Positions 10,732 to 21,854 are shown, counted from the stretch's first letter. The stretch is 64,000 nucleotides of DNA from an uncultured delta proteobacterium (GCA_963826785.1 CAWGYD010000008.1:160001-224000); one strand, 5' to 3'. Notes: generated by a model not told the origin, from the sequence alone. Program-made: numbers and translations.

Positions 10732-10937
10732 GCGCTCATCCTTCCATCCTCTCATGGTGAAAAGGGGACAATCAGTTTACATCATTTAACATGTAATTGG
10801 CATTTGAAAAAGTCCGGATTGATCTTCGCAAGTTAACCACGGCGATTTCGAATTTCAATGCCGGCACTTCAGCCTTGACGCGCTGCAATCCGCATAGGCA
10901 TAATAGATTTGTCAAGCAGGCTTCACGGCGTTTTCAG

Positions 10938-12512
10938 ATGGGAAAACTGATGAAATTTGACCCCATACTTCTTGAAATCTATAAACATCTCTATTCCTCC
11001 GTTGCCGAGGAAATGGGAGTGGTGCTCCGACGAACCAGCTACTCCACCAATATCAAGGAGCGGCGGGATTTTTCCTGCGCCCTTTTCGGCCCGGACGGGG
11101 CCATGGTGGCCCAGGCGGCCCATATTCCGGTGCACCTGGGGTCCATGCCCCTGTCCGTCCGTTCGGCCATCGACGCGCAGTCGTTGAACGACGGCGACAT
11201 GGTCATGCTCAACGACCCCTTTTCCGGGGGCACCCATCTGCCGGATATCACCCTGGTGGCCCCGGTTTTCTCAAACGGCGAAGGCCCCCTGTTCTACACG
11301 GCATGCAGGGCTCACCACGCGGATATCGGCGGGATGAGTTCGGGCTCCATGCCGCTTTCCACCTCCATCTTCCAGGAGGGGCTGATCATACCGCCGGTCA
11401 AGATCGTGGAGAATCACCGCATTTTACCCCAGGTGCTCAGCCTGATCCTCGCCAATGTGCGGACGCCCATGGAACGGGAAGGCGATCTCACCGCACAATT
11501 GATGGCCAATCGCACCGGCATCCGCCGCCTCAATGAAATCATCACCGGCCGCGGCCTTAAACAGGTGCATGCCTATGCCGACCACCTGATCCGGTATTCG
11601 GAAACCCTCATGCGCCGGCGGATCGGGGCCATCCCCGACGGCGTCTATGAATTCGAGGATATGCTGGAGGACGACGGATGCGGTACGGCCGGCATCTTTA
11701 TCCGCGTGCGCCTGACCATACGAGAAGATACCGCCCAGGTGGATTTTTCCGAATCCGATGACCAGGTCAGGGGAAACATCAATGCCGTGCGGGCCGTTAC
11801 CCTGTCTGCGGTGCTTTACGTCTTCCGGTCTTTGATTTCGGATTCGATTCCCACCAACTCGGGGTGCCTGGCCCCCATCGGGCTGAAAACCCGGCCGGGG
11901 TCCATCGTGGACGCGCAGTTTCCGGCCGCCGTGGCCGCGGGGAACGTGGAAACCGCCCAGCGGATCGTGGATGTGCTGCTGGGCGCCCTGTCTTCAGCCA
12001 TCCCCGGGGAGATTCCGGCCGCGAGCCAGGGCACCATGAACAACATCACCATCGGCGGCATCCACCCGCAAACCCATACCCCTTATACCTATTATGAAAC
12101 CATCGGCGGCGGCATGGGCGCTTCCCGCAGGGGGGACGGGGAATCGGCCGTTCACTCCCATATGACCAACACACTAAATACGCCGGTGGAAGCCCTGGAA
12201 TTTGCCTATCCCTTTCAGATCACCCGGTATGCCGTCCGTAAAGATTCCGGGGGTGCCGGACACCACGCGGGCGGCGACGGGATCATCCGGGATATCCGAC
12301 TTACAGGGGAAGCGGACGTCACGGTCCTGTCGGAGCGGCGAAGCGCGTCCCCTTACGGGCTGTGCGGTGGGGAATCGGGCCTTCCGGGAGAAAACCGCAT
12401 TCTGCGCAACGGCAAAATGATCATAAAACCCGGCAAATTCAGCCAGGCCTGCCGAAGCGGGGACGAAATCCGGATCAATACCCCCGGCGGCGGCGGATAC
12501 GGCAGAAAATGA
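10938..12512 (+). CDS. hydantoinase B/oxoprolinase subunit
   Basis: NIKERRDFSC, HIPVHLG, NDPFSGGTHLPD, HHADIGG and TPGGGGYG motifs. Confidence 0.93.
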   Translation: MGKLMKFDPILLEIYKHLYSSVAEEMGVVLRRTSYSTNIKERRDFSCALFGPDGAMVAQAAHIPVHLGSMPLSVRSAIDAQSLNDGDMVMLNDPFSGGTHLPDITLVAPVFSNGEGPLFYTACRAHHADIGGMSSGSMPLSTSIFQEGLIIPPVKIVENHRILPQVLSLILANVRTPMEREGDLTAQLMANRTGIRRLNEIITGRGLKQVHAYADHLIRYSETLMRRRIGAIPDGVYEFEDMLEDDGCGTAGIFIRVRLTIREDTAQVDFSESDDQVRGNINAVRAVTLSAVLYVFRSLISDSIPTNSGCLAPIGLKTRPGSIVDAQFPAAVAAGNVETAQRIVDVLLGALSSAIPGEIPAASQGTMNNITIGGIHPQTHTPYTYYETIGGGMGASRRGDGESAVHSHMTNTLNTPVEALEFAYPFQITRYAVRKDSGGAGHHAGGDGIIRDIRLTGEADVTVLSERRSASPYGLCGGESGLPGENRILRNGKMIIKPGKFSQACRSGDEIRINTPGGGGYGRK

Positions 12513-13606
12513 GCACGCCCATTGCCATCGTGGGCGGCAATATCGCCGGCCTGTCATCGGCCTACCACCTGGCCCGACGCGGATGTCCGGTCAGGATATT
12601 TGAACCGCGGGTCTGGGACAAACCCTGCGGAGGGGCGGTTTCCATCGAATTTGCCCGGTATCTCATGCAAGAGCTCGGTTTGTGCCTGAATGCCGCCGCT
12701 TTTCCGCCGCTGCCGGTCAGGCTTTCCTTTAACAGCGGCCGGCATGTGGACAGCCGGGGGTTTTTCGTTATCATCGACCGCCATGATCTTCAGAAACAGC
12801 TCATGGAAAAGTTGTCCCAGCAGCCCGGAATCGAGATTATTGCGCAAAGGGCGCCGCTTTCCGCACCCGGCCTGTTTTCCGCCCAGAACATCCTGGCCGC
12901 CGGGTACGGCGGATTTACCCGCAGGGTTCTGGGGGACCAGTGGCATCACCGTGAGTATTCCCATGTGGTCAAATACGGCGGTCCCATCCATGAACCCCTG
13001 CCCCGCCGGCATTTGATCGTCTTTGACAGCCGCATCAAGGGGTACGGATGGGTCTTCATCGAACCGGGAAACCGTTTCAATGCCGGCATGGGCGGGATGG
13101 TGGACCGCAAGGTCCTGGATGAAAAATTTAAGCGGTTTCTTTGCTTCATCAACGTCCGTTTCGGTTATAAAATCGAGCTTTCCGATCAGCCGCCCATGCG
13201 TTGGAAGGTTCCCATGTCCGTCAGGGTCTGGGACCGCCCCGTCGCGTTTACCCATAATGATAAAACGTTTATCGGGACGGGCGATGCGCTGGGGCTGGCC
13301 CACCCGGTCATCGCCGCCGGCATCGAACCGGCCTGGCTGTCGGGATGGCTCGCGGGGGAAAGCCTCGACCCAAAAACTACGCGGATCGACATTTCCCGAT
13401 ATTGCATGCTGCTGGAGCAGAGCCTGCGGAGGACCTGCCGGAAAAAAAGCGACCTGCTCATGGCGGCCATCGTCCGGACCCCCTGGTTTCCCCTGCAGGA
13501 GGAAATGGCCTATCTGCTGCTGAAACTTTCCTGGAAGCGCGTCCTTAAAAACCTTTCGGTCCGCCCCTGGTTTAAGCCGGCTGACATCGATTTAAATTCA
13601 TGTTAG
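12509..13606 (+). CDS. FAD-dependent oxidoreductase (geranylgeranyl-reductase-like)
   Basis: IVGGNIAG Rossmann start, KPCGG, GYGWVF and GDA motifs; ATGA overlap with the B subunit. Confidence 0.8.
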   Translation: MSTPIAIVGGNIAGLSSAYHLARRGCPVRIFEPRVWDKPCGGAVSIEFARYLMQELGLCLNAAAFPPLPVRLSFNSGRHVDSRGFFVIIDRHDLQKQLMEKLSQQPGIEIIAQRAPLSAPGLFSAQNILAAGYGGFTRRVLGDQWHHREYSHVVKYGGPIHEPLPRRHLIVFDSRIKGYGWVFIEPGNRFNAGMGGMVDRKVLDEKFKRFLCFINVRFGYKIELSDQPPMRWKVPMSVRVWDRPVAFTHNDKTFIGTGDALGLAHPVIAAGIEPAWLSGWLAGESLDPKTTRIDISRYCMLLEQSLRRTCRKKSDLLMAAIVRTPWFPLQEEMAYLLLKLSWKRVLKNLSVRPWFKPADIDLNSC

Positions 13607-13630
13607 ATCAGACAAAGGATAAACTTTTAG

Positions 13631-15382
13631 ATGAAAACCCCGATTGCCCGACAACTGATGCAGGTGGCCCTGGGACGGGAGGTAGCCGACCTGGTCATCA
13701 CCGGCGGCCGGCTCTTAAACGTGTTTACCGGCGAACTGCTGGACGATATGGCGGTGGCCGTCAAGGGCGAGCGGATTGCCTGGGTGGGCAAAAACTACCC
13801 GGAGGCACTCTGCGGCGCTGCCCGGATCATTGATGCGAAAGGCCGGGTGCTGGTTCCCGGTTTTATCGACGGCCACACCCACATCGCCTGGATGGCCGCT
13901 CCCGAGGCCTTCCTGAAGGTCGCCATGACCGGCGGCACCACCACCATCATCACCGAAGTGTTCGAACCCTACCCGGTCTGCGGTCTTGCGGGCATCATCG
14001 ACCTGCTCGATGCCCTGGCGGACCAGCCGGTGAAATGCTATGCCACCGCACCGGCCATGGTCTCCATCAGTCCGCGCACCAAGGGAATGGCCGCAGCCGA
14101 CCTGGATGTCCTGCTGGCCCGGGACGATATCGTGGGCATGGGGGAAGCTTACTGGCAGGGCGTGCTGCAGGATGTGGACATCTACCTGCCGGCTTTTGAG
14201 CGCACCCGGGCCGCCGGCAAAACCCTGGAAGGGCATACGGCCGGGGCAAACGAAAAAAACCTCAACGCCTATGCGGCCCTGGGCGTTTCCTCCTGCCATG
14301 AACCCATCCAGGCCGGCGAGGTCATCGACCGCCTGCGCCTGGGCTTTCACGTGATGATCCGGGAAGGAAGCGTTCGCCGGGAACTGGAAGCGGTTTCTAA
14401 AATTTGCGGCACCGGGATCGATTTCAGGCGCATGATCCTGGTGTCCGACGGCCTGTCTCCCGACGCACTGCTCTCCTGCGGATATATGGAATACATCGTT
14501 CAAAAGGCCATCGACCTGGGGTTTCCCCCCGCCGAAGCCATCCGCATGGCCACGCTCAACGTGGCAGAGCATTTCCGCCTGGACGACCGCATCGGCGCCA
14601 TCGCCCCGGGCCGGTATGCGGATATCCTTATCATACCTGACCTTACAACCATTTCCCCCGAGATGGTGATCAGCAGCGGCCGGGTCATCGCCCAACAGGG
14701 CAAACGCCTGATCGATCCCCGGCCCCACGCGTTCAGCGATCAAAGCCGGTCCAGCATCCGTTTGCCCGGATACAGCAAAGCAGCCGATTTTTCCATCAAA
14801 ATCGATAGCGGGAAGGCACGGCAGAGGGTCCGGGTGATGGAGTTGGCCACACCCCTGGTGACCCGGGAACGCCAGGTGGAACTGCCGGTGGATTGCGGCG
14901 AAATCAAAGCGGATCGCTCCCTCGATCTCCTGAAGATTGCCGCCATCGACCGGGCCATTGGCCCCGGAGACCAGTTTGTGGGACTGATCACCGGTTTTGG
15001 CCTTGCATCAGGGGCCGTGGCCTACAGCGCCACCTGGGATTCCGCCGACATCATCGTCATCGGTGCAGATGATGCAGACATGGCCCTTGCCGTAAACCGC
15101 CTGGCGGATCTCCAGGGAGGAGCGGTGGTGGCTGAGCGCGGCGAAATCATCGCCGAACTTCCCCTGCCCGTTTTCGGGGTCGTTTCCAATGCGCCGGTGG
15201 AGGCGATCCTTCGCCAGGCAAATGCCGTCGGCCGGGCCCTTTCAGAAAGGGGAGTACCGCTTCCCGATCCCCTGCTGACCATGGGAACGCTCACCAGCGC
15301 GGCCATCCCGTTTTTCCGGATCTGCGAGGAGGGGCTGGTGAATTTAAAAGACGGCAGGGTGGTGGGTCTGTTCGTGGATTAA
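13631..15382 (+). CDS. ade: adenine deaminase
   Basis: PGFIDGHTH, EGH, CHE, IREGS, SDG and GAIAPGRYAD motifs. Confidence 0.85.
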   Translation: MKTPIARQLMQVALGREVADLVITGGRLLNVFTGELLDDMAVAVKGERIAWVGKNYPEALCGAARIIDAKGRVLVPGFIDGHTHIAWMAAPEAFLKVAMTGGTTTIITEVFEPYPVCGLAGIIDLLDALADQPVKCYATAPAMVSISPRTKGMAAADLDVLLARDDIVGMGEAYWQGVLQDVDIYLPAFERTRAAGKTLEGHTAGANEKNLNAYAALGVSSCHEPIQAGEVIDRLRLGFHVMIREGSVRRELEAVSKICGTGIDFRRMILVSDGLSPDALLSCGYMEYIVQKAIDLGFPPAEAIRMATLNVAEHFRLDDRIGAIAPGRYADILIIPDLTTISPEMVISSGRVIAQQGKRLIDPRPHAFSDQSRSSIRLPGYSKAADFSIKIDSGKARQRVRVMELATPLVTRERQVELPVDCGEIKADRSLDLLKIAAIDRAIGPGDQFVGLITGFGLASGAVAYSATWDSADIIVIGADDADMALAVNRLADLQGGAVVAERGEIIAELPLPVFGVVSNAPVEAILRQANAVGRALSERGVPLPDPLLTMGTLTSAAIPFFRICEEGLVNLKDGRVVGLFVD

Positions 15383-15446
15383 ACCCATCGCATGGACCGT
15401 CTGCATTCCTCACCTGCACGTGCACGGATTTTTTTCGAATTGCCGG

Positions 15447-16214
15447 CTAAGCGAACTCCAGATCCGCCAGATAGGGGAAGTGGTCCGACGGGTAGCGGCC
15501 GTTGAAACAGTCGCGGATGATCTTGGCATTTTTAATTTCAAACCGCCAGTCCGCCAGGATCCAATCCATCCGGGACAGCCGGGGGATCCCTTCAAACCCG
15601 TGGTGGGTGAATCCCTGGCCGCCCTCCTGCCCGCCGAGCGACTGCCAGGTGTCGCACAGCCGGGTCTGTGAGTTATTGAGCACCGCGTGCACTTCTGATT
15701 CCGGGGAATCATTGAAGTCTCCCATGAGGATGACCGGGGATTCCTGACGGCCCACCCATGCGGCGATGATTTTCGCCTGCTCGTACCGGGCTTTGCGGCC
15801 CAGGTGATCCAGGTGGGTGACCGCGGCGATCATTTTCCGATAACTGCCCGCCACCCGCAGTACGGCATAACTCAGCATGCGCGGAAATGCGCTGTCCCAG
15901 TCCTTGCTCATGTGCACGTCCGGCGTTTTGGACAGCCAGAAATCCCGGCCCCCCTGAACATCGTACCCGCTCTTCCGGAAAAACAGGGTGGGGCACTGAA
16001 TCACGGGGTCCGGCAATCTTCCCGGCATTACCGGTTCGTATGCCGGCAGGGCATCGCGCAGGTAGGTCAGCTGGGGCCATTTGCCTTCCTGGGTGCCCAG
16101 TATGTCCGGCGCATAGGTGTTGATGACCCGGACCACCATCTCGCGGCGGTGGATCCAGGCATTGTCTCCGTCGGTATCATTTTCAAACCGGAGATTAAAC
16201 GTCATCATCCGCAT
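15447..16214 (-). CDS. endonuclease/exonuclease/phosphatase family protein
   Basis: MTFNLR, GTQE, THLDH, GDFN and PSDH motifs. Confidence 0.9.
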   Translation of the reverse strand: MRMMTFNLRFENDTDGDNAWIHRREMVVRVINTYAPDILGTQEGKWPQLTYLRDALPAYEPVMPGRLPDPVIQCPTLFFRKSGYDVQGGRDFWLSKTPDVHMSKDWDSAFPRMLSYAVLRVAGSYRKMIAAVTHLDHLGRKARYEQAKIIAAWVGRQESPVILMGDFNDSPESEVHAVLNNSQTRLCDTWQSLGGQEGGQGFTHHGFEGIPRLSRMDWILADWRFEIKNAKIIRDCFNGRYPSDHFPYLADLEFA

Positions 16215-16448
16215 GATTTGACCTGCCTTGAGTTTTTTTTTTGATGTCTTTACAAACGAAAAAAAATGTGCCGTGCTGCCTAAACTCGCAAATTTGAAGC
16301 CGATTGACAAGGCCCTTTGTCCAAAAAAGAATTGCGGGCGGGTCAATCGTCGTATACATTTGTTCAAAGCGCCATTTCTAAAAAAGACAACGCGTTCTCA
16401 CATCAATAAAGCTTAAATGCCGGAAAAAAACCGTTTTCAAATAAACCC

Positions 16449-17273
16449 ATGCCGATCCCATCGCCAGCAACGCGGTTTATTCGCAGAATGTCGATTCGGT
16501 TTATCAACACCGACGCCGGAAGGGCTTTTCTTCCGTTCCTGACCCGGTGTCTCATCCTCTTTTATCAAGCCCGGGAAGCAAGAGCCCGATTGGCTGACGA
16601 AATTATTTACCGGCTTCCGCCCCTCAAACGCTTCTTCTCCACCCGAAACCCCGCCGTCCGATACTTGAATCTTCTTTTAAACACAATTTTAGAAGCGCTC
16701 CTGCTCATCGCCGCAACCGCGCTTCTGTCCATTGCCCTGCTGCACCTGGCCAAGATGATGTGGCTGCTGTACATGCAAACCCCAATGGGCAGGCAATTCC
16801 TGATTTCATTTCACGAGAAGGCCAACACCTTCAATGAAATTCTGCTGGGCATGGACCTGTGGGTCTTCGGGGCGGATCTGACCTTTTCCGCTTTTATGAT
16901 TTGCCTGTTCTTCTGCTCGATCAGTTACTTTCTGCACCTGTATCGATATTTTTTCTACTCCCTGGGATTTTTCAAGCAGCTGCTGTTCTGGGGTATGCCC
17001 CTGTCCGCGGCAGTGGCGTTCTATATTTCTTGGCAATACGGGATTTCACCCTGGACGGACCTGATGGTCCTCACCGCGATTCCCACCTGCTGTGTCTTGT
17101 TCGCCTGTTTCCGCTATGCCCGGCGCCTGCTCATGGAAGCCGGAGAATTGTTGGAATGGGTGATCGGCCTCATTGAAAATGCCGCCCGCAGGCTGATGGG
17201 AGTCACCCGGAATCCCCCCCGGAACATCCGGTTGATGATGGACCAAATGATCCGTTTACTCAAAAAAATGTGA
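16449..17273 (+). CDS. hypothetical membrane protein
   Basis: 274-aa ORF with about four hydrophobic segments; start uncertain. Confidence 0.6.
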   Translation: MPIPSPATRFIRRMSIRFINTDAGRAFLPFLTRCLILFYQAREARARLADEIIYRLPPLKRFFSTRNPAVRYLNLLLNTILEALLLIAATALLSIALLHLAKMMWLLYMQTPMGRQFLISFHEKANTFNEILLGMDLWVFGADLTFSAFMICLFFCSISYFLHLYRYFFYSLGFFKQLLFWGMPLSAAVAFYISWQYGISPWTDLMVLTAIPTCCVLFACFRYARRLLMEAGELLEWVIGLIENAARRLMGVTRNPPRNIRLMMDQMIRLLKKM

Positions 17274-17428
17274 TGCGGCTCCTTTTGCCCGACTCTGTTT
17301 CTTTTTCCCTGTCCCTTGTAATCGGAAATGATTTTCGGTATGGCTGTGGGAATCTGCGCGTCACCCCTTTTTGAATCGGAGGCACAATGGAATGTAAAAC
17401 AAATTTATAACCGAACCGGGAAAACAAA

Positions 17429-18220
17429 ATGTCAGAATTTGTAAAAGTGGTTTGCCACGATGAAATCACAGAGGTTTCCTTCAACTGCCCGGAAACGTTT
17501 AATGCCTTTGATCTGGACATGATCACCGCCATGGCCGACCACCTCACCCGGCTTTCCGTCGACCCTGCGGTTCGAGGCGTCATGATTGCCGGTCTTCCCC
17601 GGGCCTTCTGCACCGGCGGGAACCTGAAATGGGTGAAGGGCTATTCTCCCGGGGACCCGGGCGCTTCCTTTCACACCCTGGCGGCCCAGTTGCACCGGGC
17701 GGTGGTGGAGATCCGGCGCATGGAAAAGCCGGTGGCCGCAGCGCTGACCGGAATCTCAGCCGGTGCCGGGTTTTCCCTGGCCCTGGCCTGCGACTTCCGG
17801 GTGATGGAAAAATCCGCCGTGCTGAGACAGGCATATACCTCAAATGGACTTTGCATCGATGGCGGCGGCACCTTCATGCTGCCCCGACTGGTGGGGCTGG
17901 CAAGATCCCTTGAAATTTCCACGTTCGATGAGCCCATTAGCGCAGAAAAAGCGCTCGAGTGGGGACTTGCCACAAAACTGGCCGAAGACGGAAAAGGAAA
18001 GGAAGCCGCCATCGACCTTCTCCGGAAGGCGGCGGGAGGGTCTTTAAACGCTTTTGCCGAAGCCAAGCGGCTGTTTAACGATTCTTTTTCAAACAGTCTC
18101 GAATTCCAGCTGGAACTGGAAAGAAAAGGTTTGTCCGCCTGCGGCCGGCACCCGGACGGCCGGGAAGGGATCAGCGCCTTCATGGAAAAAAGAAAACCCG
18201 ATTTTAAGAAATCAACGTAA
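17429..18220 (+). CDS. enoyl-CoA hydratase/isomerase family protein
   Basis: AFCTGG, AGAGFSLALACD and EGISAFMEKRKP motifs. Confidence 0.92.
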   Translation: MSEFVKVVCHDEITEVSFNCPETFNAFDLDMITAMADHLTRLSVDPAVRGVMIAGLPRAFCTGGNLKWVKGYSPGDPGASFHTLAAQLHRAVVEIRRMEKPVAAALTGISAGAGFSLALACDFRVMEKSAVLRQAYTSNGLCIDGGGTFMLPRLVGLARSLEISTFDEPISAEKALEWGLATKLAEDGKGKEAAIDLLRKAAGGSLNAFAEAKRLFNDSFSNSLEFQLELERKGLSACGRHPDGREGISAFMEKRKPDFKKST

Positions 18221-18228
18221 AGGATGAC

Positions 18229-19209
18229 ATGACAAACACCACCATTGCAGAAATTACCCAAAAAATCATCGACAACCCTGATTCCCCGCTTACCATGGAG
18301 GAGGCCGGCTCCCTGGTCGCCCTCGCCTCCAGCCATTTCACGGACCTGCTGAACGGCGCCCACCGGATTACCCGGGCGAACAAGGGCCGGGATGTCTTTA
18401 CCTGCACCATTTTAAACGCCAAATCGGGCCAGTGCTCCCAGAACTGCGCTTTCTGCGCCCAGTCCGCGCATCATCACACCCATGTGCGGACCTATCCACT
18501 GATGACATCTGAAGAGATGCTCGACAGCGCCCTTCGGATGGACGAGATCGGCGCCACCCAGTTTTCCATGGTGACCAGCGGATACCGGCTGGCGGATGCG
18601 GAAATCGATACCATCTGCGAAACCACCGCCAAAATTAAAAACCGGACCGGACTCTCCGTCTGCTGCTCCCTGGGGATGCTCTTGCCGGAGCAGGCCCGGC
18701 GGCTGGCCCAAAGCGGCATCACCTGCTACCACCACAACCTGGAAAGCGCCCAAAGCCATTATCCGGCCATCTGCACCACCCATGACTACAAAGAGCATTT
18801 CGAGACCATCGCCACCGCAAGGGAAGCGGGCCTGCGGGTCTGCGCCGGGTGCATCCTGGGGCTGGGAGAAACCTGGGAGCAGCGCATCGAACTGGCATTC
18901 TGCCTCAAAAAGCTAAAGATCGACCGGGTGCCGATTAATTTTTTAAACCCGATTGCCGGCACCAAAATGGAGCACCGCCCGCTTCTTCCCCCCCTGGAAG
19001 CCCTGGCCTGCATCGCCCTGTTCCGGTTTGTCCTGCCCGCAGCCGACATCACCATCTGCGGCGGACGGGAAAAAACCCTGGGTGATTTTCAATCCTTTTT
19101 GTTCATGGCCGGCGCCAACGGACTGATGATCGGAAATTACCTGACCACCGCCGGAAGAGACCTGCAGATGGATTTGGATATGATTCAAAACTGGCAGTCG
19201 ATCGGCTGA
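18229..19209 (+). CDS. bioB: biotin synthase
   Basis: NAKSGQCSQNCAFCAQS, YHHNLES, VPINFL and GNYLTT motifs. Confidence 0.95.
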   Translation: MTNTTIAEITQKIIDNPDSPLTMEEAGSLVALASSHFTDLLNGAHRITRANKGRDVFTCTILNAKSGQCSQNCAFCAQSAHHHTHVRTYPLMTSEEMLDSALRMDEIGATQFSMVTSGYRLADAEIDTICETTAKIKNRTGLSVCCSLGMLLPEQARRLAQSGITCYHHNLESAQSHYPAICTTHDYKEHFETIATAREAGLRVCAGCILGLGETWEQRIELAFCLKKLKIDRVPINFLNPIAGTKMEHRPLLPPLEALACIALFRFVLPAADITICGGREKTLGDFQSFLFMAGANGLMIGNYLTTAGRDLQMDLDMIQNWQSIG

Positions 19210-19427
19210 TCCTTAAAACGCCTCGCCCCGTTACGCGGTGTTTTTTTAAACATCTGGCGAGTGAATTTCCTTACAAGCCGATCCGGACGGGCTTTCCCCC
19301 GGGGTTTTTTCCTTTAAAAAAATCCGCCCCCATCCGGATTGCGAAATGACTTCCGGTGAATATACTGTTTTTTTATCCTGTTCAGGATTTGAGATCTTCA
19401 TTTTAACTCACCGGGGGATAAAAACAG

Positions 19428-21206
19428 ATGCCCAAATACAAGCATATTCTGCTGGTTTATCCGGAGGTGCCCAACAACACCTACTGGAGCTTCACCTATG
19501 CCTTGAAATTCATCCGCAAAAAAAGTTCCATGCCGCCGCTGGGCCTGATCACGGTGGCCGCCCTGATCCCCGCCGGTTACGATCTGAAACTGGTGGACAT
19601 GAATATCGAACCGCTCCAGGACCCAGATATAAAATGGGCGGACGCGGTCTTTATTTCAGCCATGATGATTCAGCAGCCGAGCATGGCATCGGTCATTTCC
19701 AGATGCAGGGAGATGGGCAAAAAGGTGGTGGCCGGCGGACCCATCGCCAATTCCAGCCATGACGAGATCACCGGCGTGGACCATTTCGTGCGAGGAGAAG
19801 TCGAACATTTTCTGCCCGGGGTGCTGGATGACCTGGAAAACGAAGCCGCCCCCCATCTTTATCCCCCGCCGCCCCGTCCGGACATCACCCATAGCGCGCC
19901 CCCCCGCTTCGATCTGCTGAACATGGACGCGTATGCCTCCATGTCGGTCCAGTATTCCCGGGGCTGCCCCTTTCACTGCGAGTTCTGCGACATCTGGCCC
20001 GTGTACGGCAACCGGCCCCGGCTCAAATCCGCCGGCACGCTCATCGCCGAACTGGACACACTTTACCGGCTCGGCTGGCGGGGTCCGGTATTCATCGTGG
20101 ACGACAACTTTATCGGCAACAAGAAAGCGGTGAAAGATCAGCTTCTGCCCGCGCTGAAACAATGGCAGCAGGATCACGGGCATCCGTTCAAGTTTTTCAC
20201 CGAGGCGAGCATCAATATGGCCGATGATGAAGACCTGTTGACGGCCATGCGGGAATCGGGCTTCAACGAGGTGTTCATCGGCATTGAAACCCCGGATGAG
20301 GACGGGCTGAAAGAAACCGGAAAAACGCAGAATCTGAAAAGCGACCTGGGCCGCTCCATCCGCACCATTCAGCAGCACGGCATTGAAGTGATGGCCGGAT
20401 TCATCATCGGGTTCGACAATGACAAGGAAGATATTTTCGCGCGGCAGATCGCCTTTATTCAGAACAACGGCATCCCCAAAGCCATGATCGGCCTGTTAAA
20501 CGCCCTGCCCGGCACGCGCCTGTATCAGCGGCTGCAAAAAGAAAACCGCATCTTAACCGCTTCTGCGGGAAACAACACCCACAATCTGTCCACCAATTTC
20601 ATCACCCGCATGGATGACCGAAAACTGCGCGACGGTTACAAAACGATTCTGGCCCACATCTACGACTTTCGGTTGAAAAACTATTTTGAACGGTGCAACC
20701 GCATGCTTGACAGCATCGAGCACCGGGATTTTTTCCAGCGACAGATCCGCTTTCCCGAAATATCGGCTTTTCTGACATCCCTTCTTCGTCAGCCCTTTAC
20801 CCCCTACGGGGCTCAATACCTGAAATTTTTATGCCGGAACCTGTTCAAACACCGGGATGTGTTCGCTGAAGTGGTCACGCTGGGCATTGTGGGGCATCAT
20901 TTCCATACCATCACCCACGAGACCCTCAAAGTGGAGAAAATTTCCACCGTGCTGGATGAAAAATACCGCTATTTTAATGAACTGACCGCCCGGTATTCCC
21001 AGGCGATTATGGACAATTCCATGGACAATATCGCATCGGTGGCCAAACTCTGGGCGAAGCGGGGCCGGCTGTTGAAACAGATGCGGCACAAAATTGAAAA
21101 AATAGATATCGATTTCAGGCAGGACCTGGTGCACAAGTATCTTACCCTGTCGGCCCAGATGCGGGAGGCGCTGAATCGTTTCGAGCAGAAGGCGTTAAGA
21201 TGCTGA
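19428..21206 (+). CDS. B12-binding radical SAM protein (DUF4070-type)
   Basis: PPLGLITVAA, GGP, SRGCPFHCEFC, DDNF and GIET motifs. Confidence 0.88.
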   Translation: MPKYKHILLVYPEVPNNTYWSFTYALKFIRKKSSMPPLGLITVAALIPAGYDLKLVDMNIEPLQDPDIKWADAVFISAMMIQQPSMASVISRCREMGKKVVAGGPIANSSHDEITGVDHFVRGEVEHFLPGVLDDLENEAAPHLYPPPPRPDITHSAPPRFDLLNMDAYASMSVQYSRGCPFHCEFCDIWPVYGNRPRLKSAGTLIAELDTLYRLGWRGPVFIVDDNFIGNKKAVKDQLLPALKQWQQDHGHPFKFFTEASINMADDEDLLTAMRESGFNEVFIGIETPDEDGLKETGKTQNLKSDLGRSIRTIQQHGIEVMAGFIIGFDNDKEDIFARQIAFIQNNGIPKAMIGLLNALPGTRLYQRLQKENRILTASAGNNTHNLSTNFITRMDDRKLRDGYKTILAHIYDFRLKNYFERCNRMLDSIEHRDFFQRQIRFPEISAFLTSLLRQPFTPYGAQYLKFLCRNLFKHRDVFAEVVTLGIVGHHFHTITHETLKVEKISTVLDEKYRYFNELTARYSQAIMDNSMDNIASVAKLWAKRGRLLKQMRHKIEKIDIDFRQDLVHKYLTLSAQMREALNRFEQKALRC

Positions 21207-21482
21207 GGGATTTTTTTCCGCTGCGGACTGTTTCTCTGCCTGCAGCCGCTGGAGAAACTGTTTTTCGAGATCGTCGATGATCATCGCCATGATATCGCGC
21301 TCCCGCACCGGGCCCGAGTCGTTCCACCCGTTTTTAAATGCCATCTGTTTTTTATCCCTGAACTCCCACAGGGTGGCGGCCAGATCCCTGGCGGCAAACA
21401 TTTTCTGCAGGATATGCCGCTCATGGGGGGTCAAATCCGTCTCCGTATCGACCCTCCGGCTGTTTGAAAGCGAAATGATCAT
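21195..21482 (-). CDS. hypothetical protein
   Basis: 95-aa ORF with ATGA overlap to the upstream YwbE-like gene. Confidence 0.7.
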   Translation of the reverse strand: MIISLSNSRRVDTETDLTPHERHILQKMFAARDLAATLWEFRDKKQMAFKNGWNDSGPVRERDIMAMIIDDLEKQFLQRLQAEKQSAAEKNPSAS

Positions 21483-21697
21483 TTCAAGATCTCCTTGACC
21501 CGGCCGACCCGGCCGTCTTCCAGGCGGACTTTGATGCCATGGGGATGGGAAGGAGACCGGGTGAGGATATCCTTTACCGTTCCTTCGGTAAGCGCGCCTG
21601 AGCGCTGGTCCTGCTTCTGCACAATCTTTACCCGCAGGCCGGTCTGTATTTCATTACGATTGGCGCCCCCCGGACGCCAATGGCCGCTTTCTTCCAT
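21479..21697 (-). CDS. YwbE (DUF2196) family protein
   Basis: KQDQRSG...HPHGIKVRLEDGRVGRVKEI signature. Confidence 0.9.
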   Translation of the reverse strand: MEESGHWRPGGANRNEIQTGLRVKIVQKQDQRSGALTEGTVKDILTRSPSHPHGIKVRLEDGRVGRVKEILK

Positions 21698-21854
21698 TGG
21701 ATCTCCCGTAAAAATACGTTGGCTGTTCGCCTGATGCCACCTGAGTGCGTATAGTGTTTATCCAAGACATCTCCGTTTGTCAAAAAATAATCGGCCACGC
21801 AAATGCAGGACGGCGGGTAAACCCGTTTTAGATGCCCGGAAGGAAAACTTGAAA

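Noticed and set aside
21780..21845. c-di-GMP riboswitch upstream of the SBBP gene
   Set aside because: Only a short hairpin and GCAAA are visible; the full motif could not be matched by eye. An Rfam scan would settle it.
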